A DNA stretch of 64,000 nucleotides from NCBI GenBank assembly GCA_036524675.1, contig DATDBU010000108.1, positions 4,297 through 68,296 on the forward strand, read 5' to 3'. Within the stretch, counting starts at the first letter, position 1. Each line of letters starts with the position of its first letter. Source of the stretch: Chthoniobacterales bacterium. GTDB taxonomy: Bacteria > Verrucomicrobiota > Verrucomicrobiia > Chthoniobacterales > DASVRZ01. Positions 1-9,680 of this stretch are shown in pieces. Under the pieces are notes generated by a model. The model ran no database searches, was not told where the DNA came from, and saw only the letters and a program-made list of their open reading frames with translations. The translations under genes were made by a program, and so were the position numbers.

Positions 1-19
1 CAACAAATTAAACGCATTT

Positions 20-1370
20 ATGGAACAAGCCGATATGACTAACAATGCCACATCTTCTGCCTTGCAGCGGGTCCTCTCTTCCAAGCTCGCAAGCCACGCC
101 GGGTCCATTGTCCGTGTCTCGGGCTGGCTTCACAAGAAACGCGAGTTGGGCGCCATAACTTTTGCGATTCTCCGCGACCGTCATGGTTTGATGCAGGTCG
201 TGATCCAGGATCGCGATCAACTGGAATGCCTCCGAAGTGCGCATGTGGGCTCGATTCTATCCATTATCGGAGAGGTCGTGGCGGAACCGCGTGCAATCGG
301 CGGCGCCGAATTGCAGGCAACAGAACTTACGATTGACGCGCTGGTCGAAGAACCTCCTCCGATCGAGATTGACAAGCCATTGTCACATTCGCCGGAGACG
401 CTGCACACGTTGCTCGAATGGCGGGTGCTTGGTATTCGGAACGTGGCGGAAATGGGACTTTGGCGCGCGCAGGCGACCATTGGTGACGCTATTCGCGATT
501 ATCTGCGGTCTCTGGATTTTGTGGAGTTTCACAGCCCAAAACTCCTGGCTGAAGCCACGGAAGGCGGCGCAGAAGTTTTCAAATTACCCTATTTCGGGCG
601 CCAGGCGACGCTGGCGCAGTCGGCGCAATTTTATAAGCAGATCATGGTGGGCAGCCTGGAGCGCGTGTTCGAATTCGGCGCGACATATCGGGCTGAACAA
701 AGCGTTATGGCGCGACACATGACCGAGTTTACGACGGTGGATGTGGAAATGGGATTTATCAACAGTTTTCAGGAAATACTCGAATTGATCGAAAGCCTTA
801 TCTGCCACACGGTTGACGAAGTATGGAAAATACGGGCGCAGGAATTGTCGGCACTCGGAGCAGTTCGTCCGCGGTTGACGGAGAAATTTCCACGGGTGCC
901 TCTCCGGGAGTTGCATGAACTCTGCTTCTGCGAGACAGGCGAGGATTTTCGCGACGAGATCCGGCTCCGTTTGAGGAGCGGTGGATATGCGAATATGCGC
1001 GCGAAAAATGGGGCTGCGAAGCCGTGTTTATTACCGAATTTCCGAGCAGCGCGATGAAGTTCTATCATTTTCGCAGCGAAACCAATCCGGATGTGGCTGA
1101 GCGCGCCGACTTGATCTTCCGCGGAGTGGAAATCATCACGACGAGCCGCCGGGAGCATCGCTACATGCATCTAGTGGAACAGCTTCGGGCGATCGGCGCT
1201 GACCCGGATCATCCTGGCTACCGGTATTATTTGCAGGCGTTTCGTCATGGCATGCCCAGCCATGCGGGATTTGGCCTGGGCCTGGAGCGGCTGACGCAGA
1301 AGATCGTGGGCTTTGCGAACGTAAAGGAAGCAACCCTGTTTCCGCGGGATCCGGTCGACTCGCTCCATGA
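20..1370 (+). pseudogene. aspS: Aspartyl-tRNA synthetase, archaeal/eukaryal (class IIb) type, interrupted by two apparent 1-nt frameshifts
   Basis: ORFs 20..1057 and 1024..1449 lie in different frames and together form one class IIb aaRS: motif 2 'YRAEQSVMARHMTEFTTVDVEMGF' and motif 3 'GFGLGLERL'. Reading the second frame back to ~961 gives 'PAPFEERWICEYAREKWGCEAVF', so the frame switches at ~955-965. A second shift at ~1351-1353 restores a canonical end 'FPRD.GRLAP*' with TGA at 1368-1370. Confidence 0.8.
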
Positions 1371-1469
1371 GTTTCCGGCACTCAGTCGCAACGCTTTACG
1401 CTGTATCTTCAATGCCTGGTCTGACGACAGATGTTTGCCAGCCGAGTGAAGACTGCCTATGGTTCTATT

Positions 1470-2894
1470 ATGACTCCACGCCCATTTCTGCTCAATGGCG
1501 AATGGATTGTTACGCGCGAAACAAATTTCGTGCGCAACCCATTTAATGACAACGAGTTGGGGATGGCTTCGTTGGCCAGCGCCCAGCACATCGAGGCGGC
1601 CGTGGCAGGATGTGCATCGGCTTTTCATAAGACCCGAAAGCAATCGGCGCAAGAGCGGTCAGAATTGTTGCAAAATGTCCGGCTCGAAATTGAAAAACGC
1701 GCCGATGACTTCGTTGATTTGTTGGTGAAGGAAGCGGGAAAACCGATCGACCTGGCGAAGATCGAAGTTTCCAGGGCGCAGCAAACGTTTGGGTTCGCTG
1801 CGGCGGAGGCGCTGCGGCTGCAGGGAGAGCCGATTGCCATCGACGCGAGCGCGCCCGGGAAAGGGCACACTGGTATCGTCCAGCGCGTACCGCTGGGAGT
1901 TATTCTGGGAATTACGCCGTTCAACTTTCCTCTCAACCTGGTCGCCCACAAAATCGCCCCTGCCTTGGCAACCGGGAACACAATCCTGGTAAAACCGTCC
2001 TTGCGAACGCCGTTGATTAGTTTTTTGTTAGGTGAGGTGCTCGTTGAAGCGGGAATCCTTCCTGGACAAGTTAATATTGTGCCGTTTCATCATGACCTGC
2101 TAACTCCTCTGTTCACCGACGCGCGGATCAAGATGACCTCGTTCACGGGAAGCGCGGCTGTCGGGTGGGGAATCAAGGCCAAAGCCGTGAAGCAGCGCAC
2201 CTGTCTCGAACTTGGCGGTAACGCGGCATTGATCATCCATAGCGATGCCGATTGGGAAAAACGTCTGCCTTCGGTCGCAGCGGCGTGTTTTGGTTATGCC
2301 GGGCAGTCGTGCATCAGCGTCCAGAGAATTTTCGTGCAGGAAAGTATTTACGAGACGTTCAAACAATCGCTGGTGTGGTTTACACAGGAAAAAGTGAAGG
2401 CAGGCGACCCTGCGGAACCGGGTGTGCTGGTCGGCCCTATGATTGATCCTTCTGCGCTGGAAAAGGTGACGGACTGGATCGCGGCTGCCCAGGACGCGGG
2501 AGCCAAGTGTTGCACGCCGGTTAGAGTGGATGGCAGATGCCTGCATCCCGTCGTGCTGGAAAACGTGCCAGCGACCTCGAAAATCGTTTGCGAAGAGGCG
2601 TTTGCACCGATTGTGGTGCTGGAGCCGTATGAGGAATTTGAGGACGCGATTGTCAAGGTAAACGCCTCGCGATATGGGTTGCAGGCGGGTGTTTTCACCA
2701 GCGACCTCGCGTTGTCGGAAAAGGCATATCAGGAGATTGAAGCTGGAGCGGTGCTTATCAATCAAACACCCACATTTCGCGTGGAAAACATGCCGTATGG
2801 CGGAGTGAAAGACAGCGGATTCGGCAGGGAAGGCGTGCGTTATACCATGGAAGAGATGACGGAAATGAAGACGCTGATCGTGAACTACTTATGA
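1470..2894 (+). CDS. NAD(P)-dependent aldehyde dehydrogenase family protein
   Basis: Full-length ALDH architecture with 'FTGS', 'ELGGNA' and 'GQSCIS' catalytic-Cys motifs. The ATG at 1470 gives the typical 'MTPRPFLLNGEW' N-terminus; an upstream ATG at 1431 is also possible. Confidence 0.85.
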   Translation: MTPRPFLLNGEWIVTRETNFVRNPFNDNELGMASLASAQHIEAAVAGCASAFHKTRKQSAQERSELLQNVRLEIEKRADDFVDLLVKEAGKPIDLAKIEVSRAQQTFGFAAAEALRLQGEPIAIDASAPGKGHTGIVQRVPLGVILGITPFNFPLNLVAHKIAPALATGNTILVKPSLRTPLISFLLGEVLVEAGILPGQVNIVPFHHDLLTPLFTDARIKMTSFTGSAAVGWGIKAKAVKQRTCLELGGNAALIIHSDADWEKRLPSVAAACFGYAGQSCISVQRIFVQESIYETFKQSLVWFTQEKVKAGDPAEPGVLVGPMIDPSALEKVTDWIAAAQDAGAKCCTPVRVDGRCLHPVVLENVPATSKIVCEEAFAPIVVLEPYEEFEDAIVKVNASRYGLQAGVFTSDLALSEKAYQEIEAGAVLINQTPTFRVENMPYGGVKDSGFGREGVRYTMEEMTEMKTLIVNYL

Positions 2895-4360
2895 AGACCA
2901 ATTACGTCAACGGCAAATGGGTCGCATCTGCTTCCGGAAAAACGCGCGAGATTCTCAATCCCGCCAACAATGAGGTGATTGATACGGTGACTGAGAGCGA
3001 CGCTTCGGACGCGGAAGCGGCGGTGGCAGCTGCGAGAGAAGCTTTCGATCATGGCCCGTGGGGCTCCACCCGGGCGCCCGAACGTGCCGCAAAGCTTTTT
3101 GCGCTGGCCGATTTGATCGACAAGCACGCGGATGAACTTGCCCGGATAGACACGCTCAACAATGGCAAGCCCCTTCGCGAGGCGCAGTATGACGTGGCCG
3201 ATACGGCGGGTTGTTTTCGTTACTATGCCGGCCTCGCAACAAAGCCGCAGGGGCAGACTTTTGAAACAGCCGACCCTAACATTGTAACGATGACGGTTCG
3301 CGAGCCGATCGGGGTTTGCGCACAAATCATCCCCTGGAATTATCCGTTGCTCATGGCGGCGTGGAAGCTTGCGCCCGGGCTTGCGGCAGGGAATTGCTGC
3401 ATTTTGAAGCCATCGGAAATGACGCCGCTTTCCGCCGTGCGGCTGTTTGAATTGATCGACGAAGTTGGTTTTCCTCCGGGGTCAGCCAATCTGGTTCTGG
3501 GGGCTGGCGAGCCTGTGGGGGCTGCTCTGGCGGAAAGCCATGGAGTGGACAAGATCGCGTTCACAGGCGGCGGTGCTACCGGACGTAAAATCATGCATGC
3601 TGCGACGGGGAACTTGAAAAAAGTGTCGCTCGAACTCGGTGGAAAAAGTCCCAACATTATTTTTGCGGACTCGGACTTCGAAGCTGCCGTCGAGTTTGCG
3701 ATGTTCGGGATTTTTGCCGGCCAGGGTGAGGTTTGCAGCGCCGGCTCGAGACTCATCTTGGAGCGATCTATAGCAGACAAGTTCCTGCCGCGCCTCGCTG
3801 CGGCGGCGGACAAGATCGTCGTGGGAGACGGTCTGGCGCCGGATACGGAAATGGGTCCGCTTATCTCGCGCGCACATCAGGCCAAGGTGCTGGGTTATAT
3901 CGAAACAGGTAAAACGGAAGGAGCGGAGTTGCTCTGCGGCGGCGGCGCGTACGACGATGCGCGAGCATCGGGGAACTTTGTGAAGCCCACGGTTTTCGTC
4001 CAGACGACGCCGCAGATGACAATAGTCCGGGAGGAAATATTCGGTCCTGTGTTAGTGGTTCAGCTTTTCGACACCGAGGAGGAAGCGGTGAAGTTGGCTA
4101 ACGATACGGTATATGGTTTGGCCGGGGCGGTTCATACGTCGGACGGAGCCAAAGCACAGCGGATTATCTCCAAAATGCGCGCTGGAATTACGTGGATCAA
4201 CCACTATCATCCGACATTCAACGAAGCGCCTTGGGGCGGTTACAAACAATCCGGCATGGGGCGCGAGCTTGGCACGTATGGCTATGAGGCTTACACAGAG
4301 GTCAAACAGATCAATATCAACCTTGCTCCGGGACGGATCGGATGGTTTAAGAACGTCTGA
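2891..4360 (+). CDS. Aldehyde dehydrogenase (betaine-/aminobutyraldehyde-dehydrogenase-like)
   Basis: 489 aa with 'WNYPLLM', 'FTGG', 'LELGGKSP' and 'GEVCSAGSR' motifs. Its start overlaps the upstream stop (ATGA). Confidence 0.85.
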   Translation: MKTNYVNGKWVASASGKTREILNPANNEVIDTVTESDASDAEAAVAAAREAFDHGPWGSTRAPERAAKLFALADLIDKHADELARIDTLNNGKPLREAQYDVADTAGCFRYYAGLATKPQGQTFETADPNIVTMTVREPIGVCAQIIPWNYPLLMAAWKLAPGLAAGNCCILKPSEMTPLSAVRLFELIDEVGFPPGSANLVLGAGEPVGAALAESHGVDKIAFTGGGATGRKIMHAATGNLKKVSLELGGKSPNIIFADSDFEAAVEFAMFGIFAGQGEVCSAGSRLILERSIADKFLPRLAAAADKIVVGDGLAPDTEMGPLISRAHQAKVLGYIETGKTEGAELLCGGGAYDDARASGNFVKPTVFVQTTPQMTIVREEIFGPVLVVQLFDTEEEAVKLANDTVYGLAGAVHTSDGAKAQRIISKMRAGITWINHYHPTFNEAPWGGYKQSGMGRELGTYGYEAYTEVKQININLAPGRIGWFKNV

Positions 4361-4399
4361 CGCCGCCAGGACGGGGCGTCCGCTATTGAGTTTCTCATT

Positions 4400-5482
4400 A
4401 TGAACATGGTCGAACTTCGGGATATCCATAAGCGCTTTGGCAATTATACTGCCGTTGATGGTGTTAGTCTGGATATCCGCGAGGGCGAGTTTATGACGTT
4501 TCTTGGGCCTTCCGGCTGCGGCAAGACGACCTGTCTGCGAATGATCAGCGGTTTCGAACGTCCGACGTCGGGAACAGTTTGGCTGGGAGGCAGGAACGTG
4601 ACGGACGCGCCCCCGTACGCACGCGACGTCAACCAGGTTTTCCAAAGTTACGCTCTGTTTCCGCATCTCACTGTGGCCGAGAATATTGCGTTCGGACTCA
4701 AGATGAAAAAAGTTCCGGGTGCGGAGATTAAGAAGCGCGTGGACAGGGTGATAGAGAGCGTGTCCCTTGGGCCGATGGCGACACGAAAACCGTCCCAGTT
4801 GTCGGGCGGTCAACGGCAACGGGTGGCCCTGGCGCGGGCGATCGTGTGTGAGCCGAAGGTGCTCCTGCTGGATGAACCTCTCTCTGCACTGGACGCAAAA
4901 TTGCGCCAACAGATGCGAATGGAATTAAAGCATTTGCAGAAAAAACTGGGCATTAGTTTTGTCTTTGTAACGCACGACCAGGAGGAAGCTCTAACCATGT
5001 CTGATCGCGTGGCGGTCATGAGCCAAGGAAAAGTAGAGCAGGTTGGAGCGGCCGCGGAAATCTATCATCGGCCTGCAACCCGGTTTGTCGCGAGTTTTAT
5101 TGGTGAAACAAACATTGTCGGCGCTGAAGTCTTGGGGACGGATGGCGGCGCCATTGTATGCAAGCTCGAAGGTGGCTTGATATTAAAAGTAGCCGGGAAG
5201 AATGGCACGACGCCGGACACGGGAAGCAAATGGCTTGTTTCGTTGCGGCCGGAAAAAATCCGGCTTCAGCACGGGCCGATGGAGGGAACGAATGTCTTCA
5301 AAGCGACAATTACCGAAGAGACGTTTAAAGGGGCGGTGGATGATCTGACGATCATGACCGAAGGCGGGCTGGAGTTGCAGACTTTGGTTGCGAACGATGG
5401 AGTGGGGGAGTTGGAATTCGACCCCGGCGATGACGTCTGGTGCCGGCTGTATCCGGAAGATATTGTTTTGGTGAAAGAGTAG
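4400..5482 (+). CDS. ABC transporter ATP-binding protein, PotA/MalK-like (polyamine-type importer ATPase)
   Basis: Walker A 'GPSGCGKTT', signature 'LSGGQRQR', Walker B 'LLLDEPLSALD', and a C-terminal TOBE-like regulatory domain. Confidence 0.85.
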   Translation: MNMVELRDIHKRFGNYTAVDGVSLDIREGEFMTFLGPSGCGKTTCLRMISGFERPTSGTVWLGGRNVTDAPPYARDVNQVFQSYALFPHLTVAENIAFGLKMKKVPGAEIKKRVDRVIESVSLGPMATRKPSQLSGGQRQRVALARAIVCEPKVLLLDEPLSALDAKLRQQMRMELKHLQKKLGISFVFVTHDQEEALTMSDRVAVMSQGKVEQVGAAAEIYHRPATRFVASFIGETNIVGAEVLGTDGGAIVCKLEGGLILKVAGKNGTTPDTGSKWLVSLRPEKIRLQHGPMEGTNVFKATITEETFKGAVDDLTIMTEGGLELQTLVANDGVGELEFDPGDDVWCRLYPEDIVLVKE

Positions 5483-5534
5483 CCGGACGTCAGTCGTTGC
5501 CCAGGGGAGGCTGCTGGACTGCGGGAACGAGAAG

Positions 5535-6242
5535 CTACAGACTGGCCGCAATGGCGCGCGCCGCGGCCACGGGATCCGGGGAAGCGGTAATGGGGCGACC
5601 AATAACGAGGTAGTCGGCGCCTTGGGCCACGGCTTCGCCGGGGGTCATGATGCGTTTTTGGTCACCCGCATCAGAGCCGGCGGGACGGATTCCAGGAATG
5701 ACGAGTTTCATTTCCGCTGGGATCACACGCCGGAGCAGGGCGACTTCGAGGGGGCTGGCTACGAGGCCACCCAAGCCAGCGCTGGCAGCAAGTTTGCCCA
5801 ACGATTCGACCTGTTCCGCAACGGGCCGCGTCACACCCGTTTCACTGAGCGTTTGCTGGTTGGAGCTGGTCAGCACCGTGACACCGAGGACGCGCGTCGC
5901 CGACCCGGCAGCTCCGCGTGCAGCGGCTGCGAGCATTTCGTGACCTCCACTGGCATGAACAGTCAGCATTTGGATGTCGAGAGCAACCGCCGATTCGACG
6001 GCGTGGAGAACCGTGTTCGGGATATCGTGAAATTTGAGATCGAGAAAAACTTTGGCTCCGGTGGCACGGACGAGCCGAACGATTTCGGGGCCGTTGCGAG
6101 TGAAAAGTTGAAGGCCAATTTTGAACCAGCCGACTTCCGGGGAAAGAATCTCGACCAGGTGCAGGGCTTCTGCTGCCGTCGTAACGTCGAGAGGGACGAT
6201 TATTTTCTCTTTTGCCTCGGCAACGTTTTTTACAGGATGCAT
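5535..6242 (-). CDS. pyrF: Orotidine 5'-phosphate decarboxylase
   Basis: 'IVPLDV', 'FKIG', 'VFLDLKFHDIPNTV' and 'LVIGRPI' motifs. Start taken at the internal ATG (6242), because the longer ORF N-terminus is non-homologous. Confidence 0.85.
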   Translation of the reverse strand: MHPVKNVAEAKEKIIVPLDVTTAAEALHLVEILSPEVGWFKIGLQLFTRNGPEIVRLVRATGAKVFLDLKFHDIPNTVLHAVESAVALDIQMLTVHASGGHEMLAAAARGAAGSATRVLGVTVLTSSNQQTLSETGVTRPVAEQVESLGKLAASAGLGGLVASPLEVALLRRVIPAEMKLVIPGIRPAGSDAGDQKRIMTPGEAVAQGADYLVIGRPITASPDPVAAARAIAASL

Positions 6243-6248
6243 GGCTCG

Positions 6249-7133
6249 ATGAAGCGTTTTGCGCCTGCCAAAATCAATCTTTCTCTCGAAGTGCTCGGAA
6301 AGCGCCCGGATGGATTTCACGATCTGCGGAGCCTGTTTTGCCCTATTTCATTGGTCGACGAGTTGGATTTTGAAAGAGCCACGTGTTTCGAGTTTTCGTG
6401 TTCCGATCCGTCGATTCCGAGGGATGAGAGAAATCTGGTTGTCAAAGCGGCGAAGTGGTTTGGCGGCGGTGTATTGCCGAAAGTGCGTGTGCATTTGGAG
6501 AAACGCATTCCCCATAGCGCGGGTTTAGGCGGCGGAAGTAGTGACGCCGCGACGACGCTACTGGCATTGAATGAGCTTGCGTCGGAGCCGAAGTCTTTTG
6601 GGGAATTATCCGAGATTGCGGCGTCGCTGGGATCGGACGTGCCATTTTTTTTGCATGAGTCACCAGCCTGGTGTGAGGGAAGGGGAGAACGGGTTGCTCC
6701 TGCGAGACTGGAGAACACGTTTGTGGTGCTCCTTTTCAAACCGGGATTCGGCGTCCCAACTCCCTGGGCCTACAAAAATCTCGCCGCAAGCCGGGAGTTG
6801 CCCAGTATTCCTTATGCGCGGCAGCAGACCGTCGCCGGCAGCTTGGTAAATGATTTGGAGCGTCCTGTTTTTGAGAAATACGTACTGCTTGGGTTGGTGA
6901 AGAAATGGCTGCTCGATCAACCCGAAACGCTCGGCGCGCTGATGTCAGGATCGGGCGCAACCATGTTTGCCATTGCCAGCAAGCACGCAGATGCGACGGC
7001 GCTGCGTGAACGGCTGCTGATGGAGGTTGGCGCTGACAATTGGACGTGGGTGGGAAGCGTAATGCCTTTTCCACTGACCGACCTGCGCCAAGGTAAAAGC
7101 CGGTCTTTTTCGCTGGAGAACAGGACAAAATAA
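6249..7133 (+). CDS. ispE: 4-diphosphocytidyl-2-C-methyl-D-erythritol kinase
   Basis: 'MKRFAPAKINLSLEVLGKRPDGFHDL' and the GHMP kinase motif 'IPHSAGLGGGSSDAA'. The 5' part of ORF 5622..7133 is antisense to pyrF and is not counted. Confidence 0.85.
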   Translation: MKRFAPAKINLSLEVLGKRPDGFHDLRSLFCPISLVDELDFERATCFEFSCSDPSIPRDERNLVVKAAKWFGGGVLPKVRVHLEKRIPHSAGLGGGSSDAATTLLALNELASEPKSFGELSEIAASLGSDVPFFLHESPAWCEGRGERVAPARLENTFVVLLFKPGFGVPTPWAYKNLAASRELPSIPYARQQTVAGSLVNDLERPVFEKYVLLGLVKKWLLDQPETLGALMSGSGATMFAIASKHADATALRERLLMEVGADNWTWVGSVMPFPLTDLRQGKSRSFSLENRTK

Positions 7134-7194
7134 GGCCACTTTTTGGCAAGTCACGCGCCTGTTGGAAACTACGGGCGGAATGACGGTATAGATT

Positions 7195-7692
7195 ATGAGC
7201 ATCCCCCCGCCTGACTACTCCTCTTTTCACATCGAGGACTGCGAAGACGTTATCGGCCTGGTAAAAACCCTCGTCGATGGCCGCCATCCCGGAATTCTTG
7301 GCACCGTGGATAAGGATGGAAAACCCCATCTGCGCTGGATGGCGACGTTTTCCTTTTCCGAATTCCCTGTTTTTCACGCACTGACGCATCCCCAGAGCGA
7401 AAAGGTGGCGCAGATTTGGGAAAATCCCAACGTCGATTGGATGTTTTCCAACGAAGACCTGAGTCTCGTTGTTAATCTCTCCGGCAAAGCCCGCGTGCTC
7501 ACCGACACTCCATCGCTAAAACGGATCTGGGCCAAGATCGACGACAAGTCACACGCTTATTTTCTCAACCAATACGCAAAAGGTGCAGGTTTCGTGGCGA
7601 TCGAGACGGTCGTGAAAGCCGTCCGGTGCACCTCGCCCCGTGACGACCTGCGTTTCGACCTGGAAACGGCCGAGCTCGCGCGCGCACGCTGA
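7195..7692 (+). CDS. Pyridoxamine 5'-phosphate oxidase-like / general stress protein 26-like FMN-binding protein
   Basis: 165 aa. 'GILGTVDKDGKPHLRWM' and the overall pattern resemble the split-barrel PNPOx family; weak recognition only. Confidence 0.5.
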   Translation: MSIPPPDYSSFHIEDCEDVIGLVKTLVDGRHPGILGTVDKDGKPHLRWMATFSFSEFPVFHALTHPQSEKVAQIWENPNVDWMFSNEDLSLVVNLSGKARVLTDTPSLKRIWAKIDDKSHAYFLNQYAKGAGFVAIETVVKAVRCTSPRDDLRFDLETAELARAR

Positions 7693-7967
7693 GGAAAGAC
7701 GCTACCGGGTCGATGACCCCGGCTACAGAGAGAGGGCGCTGTAATCGGCCTCCCGTGAGGCAGGCCTCCGCACTTTCCGGTCTGAGTTTCGAACACGGCT
7801 TAGGGAAATTCCCTAGTCGCCTGCACTTGATTCCTAGTTGCGTTGGTCCATTCCTCCGATTGTGGCAGCGCGGCGAGAAGCCTAGTTTGAATGCAGGAAA
7901 ACGCCAGTTGCCGCCCTGAGTCGAATCCCGTTTTCTCTCCCTATTTCCACCTCGGCAACTAGGGAGT

Positions 7968-8873
7968 TTGTCCCGGACGAAGACTATGAGCAACTCCAAT
8001 ACCCAGTTCATCGCGATGCTGTCGGAATCGCAGATTTACAAGGACTACGAACGCGCCTTCAGCGAGACCACCGGCTTGCCGCTCAACCTTCGACCCATTG
8101 AACATTGGAAGCTGGCGCATCGAGGCAGAAAACATGAGAGCCCCTTCTGCGCGCTTATGGCCCGTTCCAACAAGAGCTGCGCAGCCTGCCTGAGGATCCA
8201 GCAAGAAATTTCCAATCCCACCTCGCATGAAACACAGTCGGCAATATGTTTTGCGGGCCTTTGCGAGACCAGCGTGCCTTTGCGGGTCGGCGAAAATCTT
8301 GTCGGCTTTCTCCAGGTCGGAGAAGTTAGGTTTCGTGCTCCGGACAAGGGCGGTTTTGGCAAAATCGCCGAACAACTGCGCGAATGGGGATCCAGCGTTG
8401 ATCTTACGGAGGCCGAAGGCGCATGGCGCCGCACGCGGACGATTTCAAAGGGCCAGTATGATCAGATCGTCCGTCTCCTGGAAATTTTTGCACAACATCT
8501 CGCGCTTGTGGCCAATCAGCTCTTGATACGCCAGGAAAGGGCGGAACCCCCTGCGATCACCCGGGCCCGGCAGTTTATCGAGGCGCATTATGCTGAGGAA
8601 CTTCCGCTGCAGAAGGTTGCCAGGGCAGTTAACATGAGCAGCTTCTATTTTTGCAAGGTGTTCCGCAAAGTAACGGGTCTTACCTTTACGGACTACCTTT
8701 CACGAGTGCGTGTGGAAAAAGCAAAAAAACTGCTGTTGAATCCGAATGCGCGTGTTAGCGAAATTGCTTTTGATTCCGGTTTTGCCTCAATCACAAACTT
8801 CAACCGGACATTCAAACATTTCGTCGGTCATTCTCCCACCGACTATCGCGAGACGTTGCCAAGTGCAGCCTGA
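7968..8873 (+). CDS. AraC-family transcriptional regulator with PocR-like N-terminal sensor domain
   Basis: C-terminal AraC HTH ('MSSFYFCKVFRKVTGLTFTDYL...IAFDSGFASITNFNRTFK'). The N-terminus has the Cys-containing PocR-like stretch 'FCALMARSNKSCAACL'. Confidence 0.8.
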   Translation: MSRTKTMSNSNTQFIAMLSESQIYKDYERAFSETTGLPLNLRPIEHWKLAHRGRKHESPFCALMARSNKSCAACLRIQQEISNPTSHETQSAICFAGLCETSVPLRVGENLVGFLQVGEVRFRAPDKGGFGKIAEQLREWGSSVDLTEAEGAWRRTRTISKGQYDQIVRLLEIFAQHLALVANQLLIRQERAEPPAITRARQFIEAHYAEELPLQKVARAVNMSSFYFCKVFRKVTGLTFTDYLSRVRVEKAKKLLLNPNARVSEIAFDSGFASITNFNRTFKHFVGHSPTDYRETLPSAA

Positions 8874-8951
8874 TGAACGTTTTGCGCCGTTCCTTAATTA
8901 GGCCGAGCCAATTTTTGGGAATGTATAGCCAAAATCCGGAGAGTATCTCCT

Positions 8952-9539
8952 GTGATGAAATGGGACACTCGTGGCAATACGATGAAAACAACCACCGAAG
9001 TCGCTCAAACCAACGCGCCCCTAACTTCAACCAACGTTTTGCCAACGGCCGGTGAAGATCGGTCTCCAAAAGGCCGGCGGCGCAAATCCGCTGCGTTGAA
9101 AGTAACGAATATCCTGGTGCCCATCGATTTTTCCACGACGTCACACCAGGCGCTGGAGTACGCGGTGCCAATCGCCAGCCAGTTCGAAGCAAAGATTACA
9201 TTGGTTCACGCCGTCGAAACCTTCTCCCTTGCCCCGGGCCTGACGTATGTACCTGTGGATGGAAGGCTTTTGACAGCACCCATCGAGCGCAATCTGCAAA
9301 GGCTGGCCAGGAGGACCATCGAGCCGGAGCTTTTGAGAGACTTGCTGGTCCGCGCCGGCACACCTTTCGAAGTCATCACAAACGTGGCCCGAGAATTGGA
9401 AATCGATCTTATTGTTATGACGACTCACGGATATACCGGCGTTCAGCATCTTTTCCAAGGCAGCGTCACCGAACGTGTTGTGCGCGAGGCACCGTGTCCG
9501 GTGTTGGTCGTCCATCCGACCGAGCCCGAATTTGTGTAA
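8952..9539 (+). CDS. Universal stress protein (UspA family)
   Basis: 'ILVPIDFS', 'LIVMTTHGYTG..LFQGSVTERVVREAPCPVLVV'. The true start may be the ATG at 8982. Confidence 0.8.
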   Translation: MMKWDTRGNTMKTTTEVAQTNAPLTSTNVLPTAGEDRSPKGRRRKSAALKVTNILVPIDFSTTSHQALEYAVPIASQFEAKITLVHAVETFSLAPGLTYVPVDGRLLTAPIERNLQRLARRTIEPELLRDLLVRAGTPFEVITNVARELEIDLIVMTTHGYTGVQHLFQGSVTERVVREAPCPVLVVHPTEPEFV

Positions 9540-9596
9540 AGAAACTTTGGTAAACAGCACTGAACACGATGGCTTCGAGCGGAGAACCCAAGCAGC

Positions 9597-9636
9597 GGCG
9601 CTTTCCAACCGCCTAAACGGGCGCTTGGAAAGCGCC
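9597..9636. terminator. 12-bp stem hairpin between convergent genes (no clear U-tract)
   Basis: 'ggcgctttccaa' (9597-9608) pairs perfectly with 'ttggaaagcgcc' (9625-9636) around a 16-nt loop. It sits between the usp stop and the TIM-barrel gene stop. Confidence 0.35.
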
Positions 9637-9680
9637 CCTCCTTGTAAAAAACGCCACGGCTGACGATTTGCGAAAGTAAA

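Noticed and set aside
1345-1360. Adjacent BamHI (GGATCC) and SalI (GTCGAC) sites, 'gggatccggtcgac', reminiscent of a cloning polylinker
   Set aside because: It is only 13 nt, embedded in sequence that still encodes the conserved AspRS C-terminus in an adjacent frame. There is no other vector-like sequence.
5622-6236. Long N-terminal extension of the ispE ORF (503 aa in total)
   Set aside because: The extension is antisense to pyrF and unrelated to IspE. The conserved IspE N-terminus 'MKRFAPAKINL' begins at 6249.
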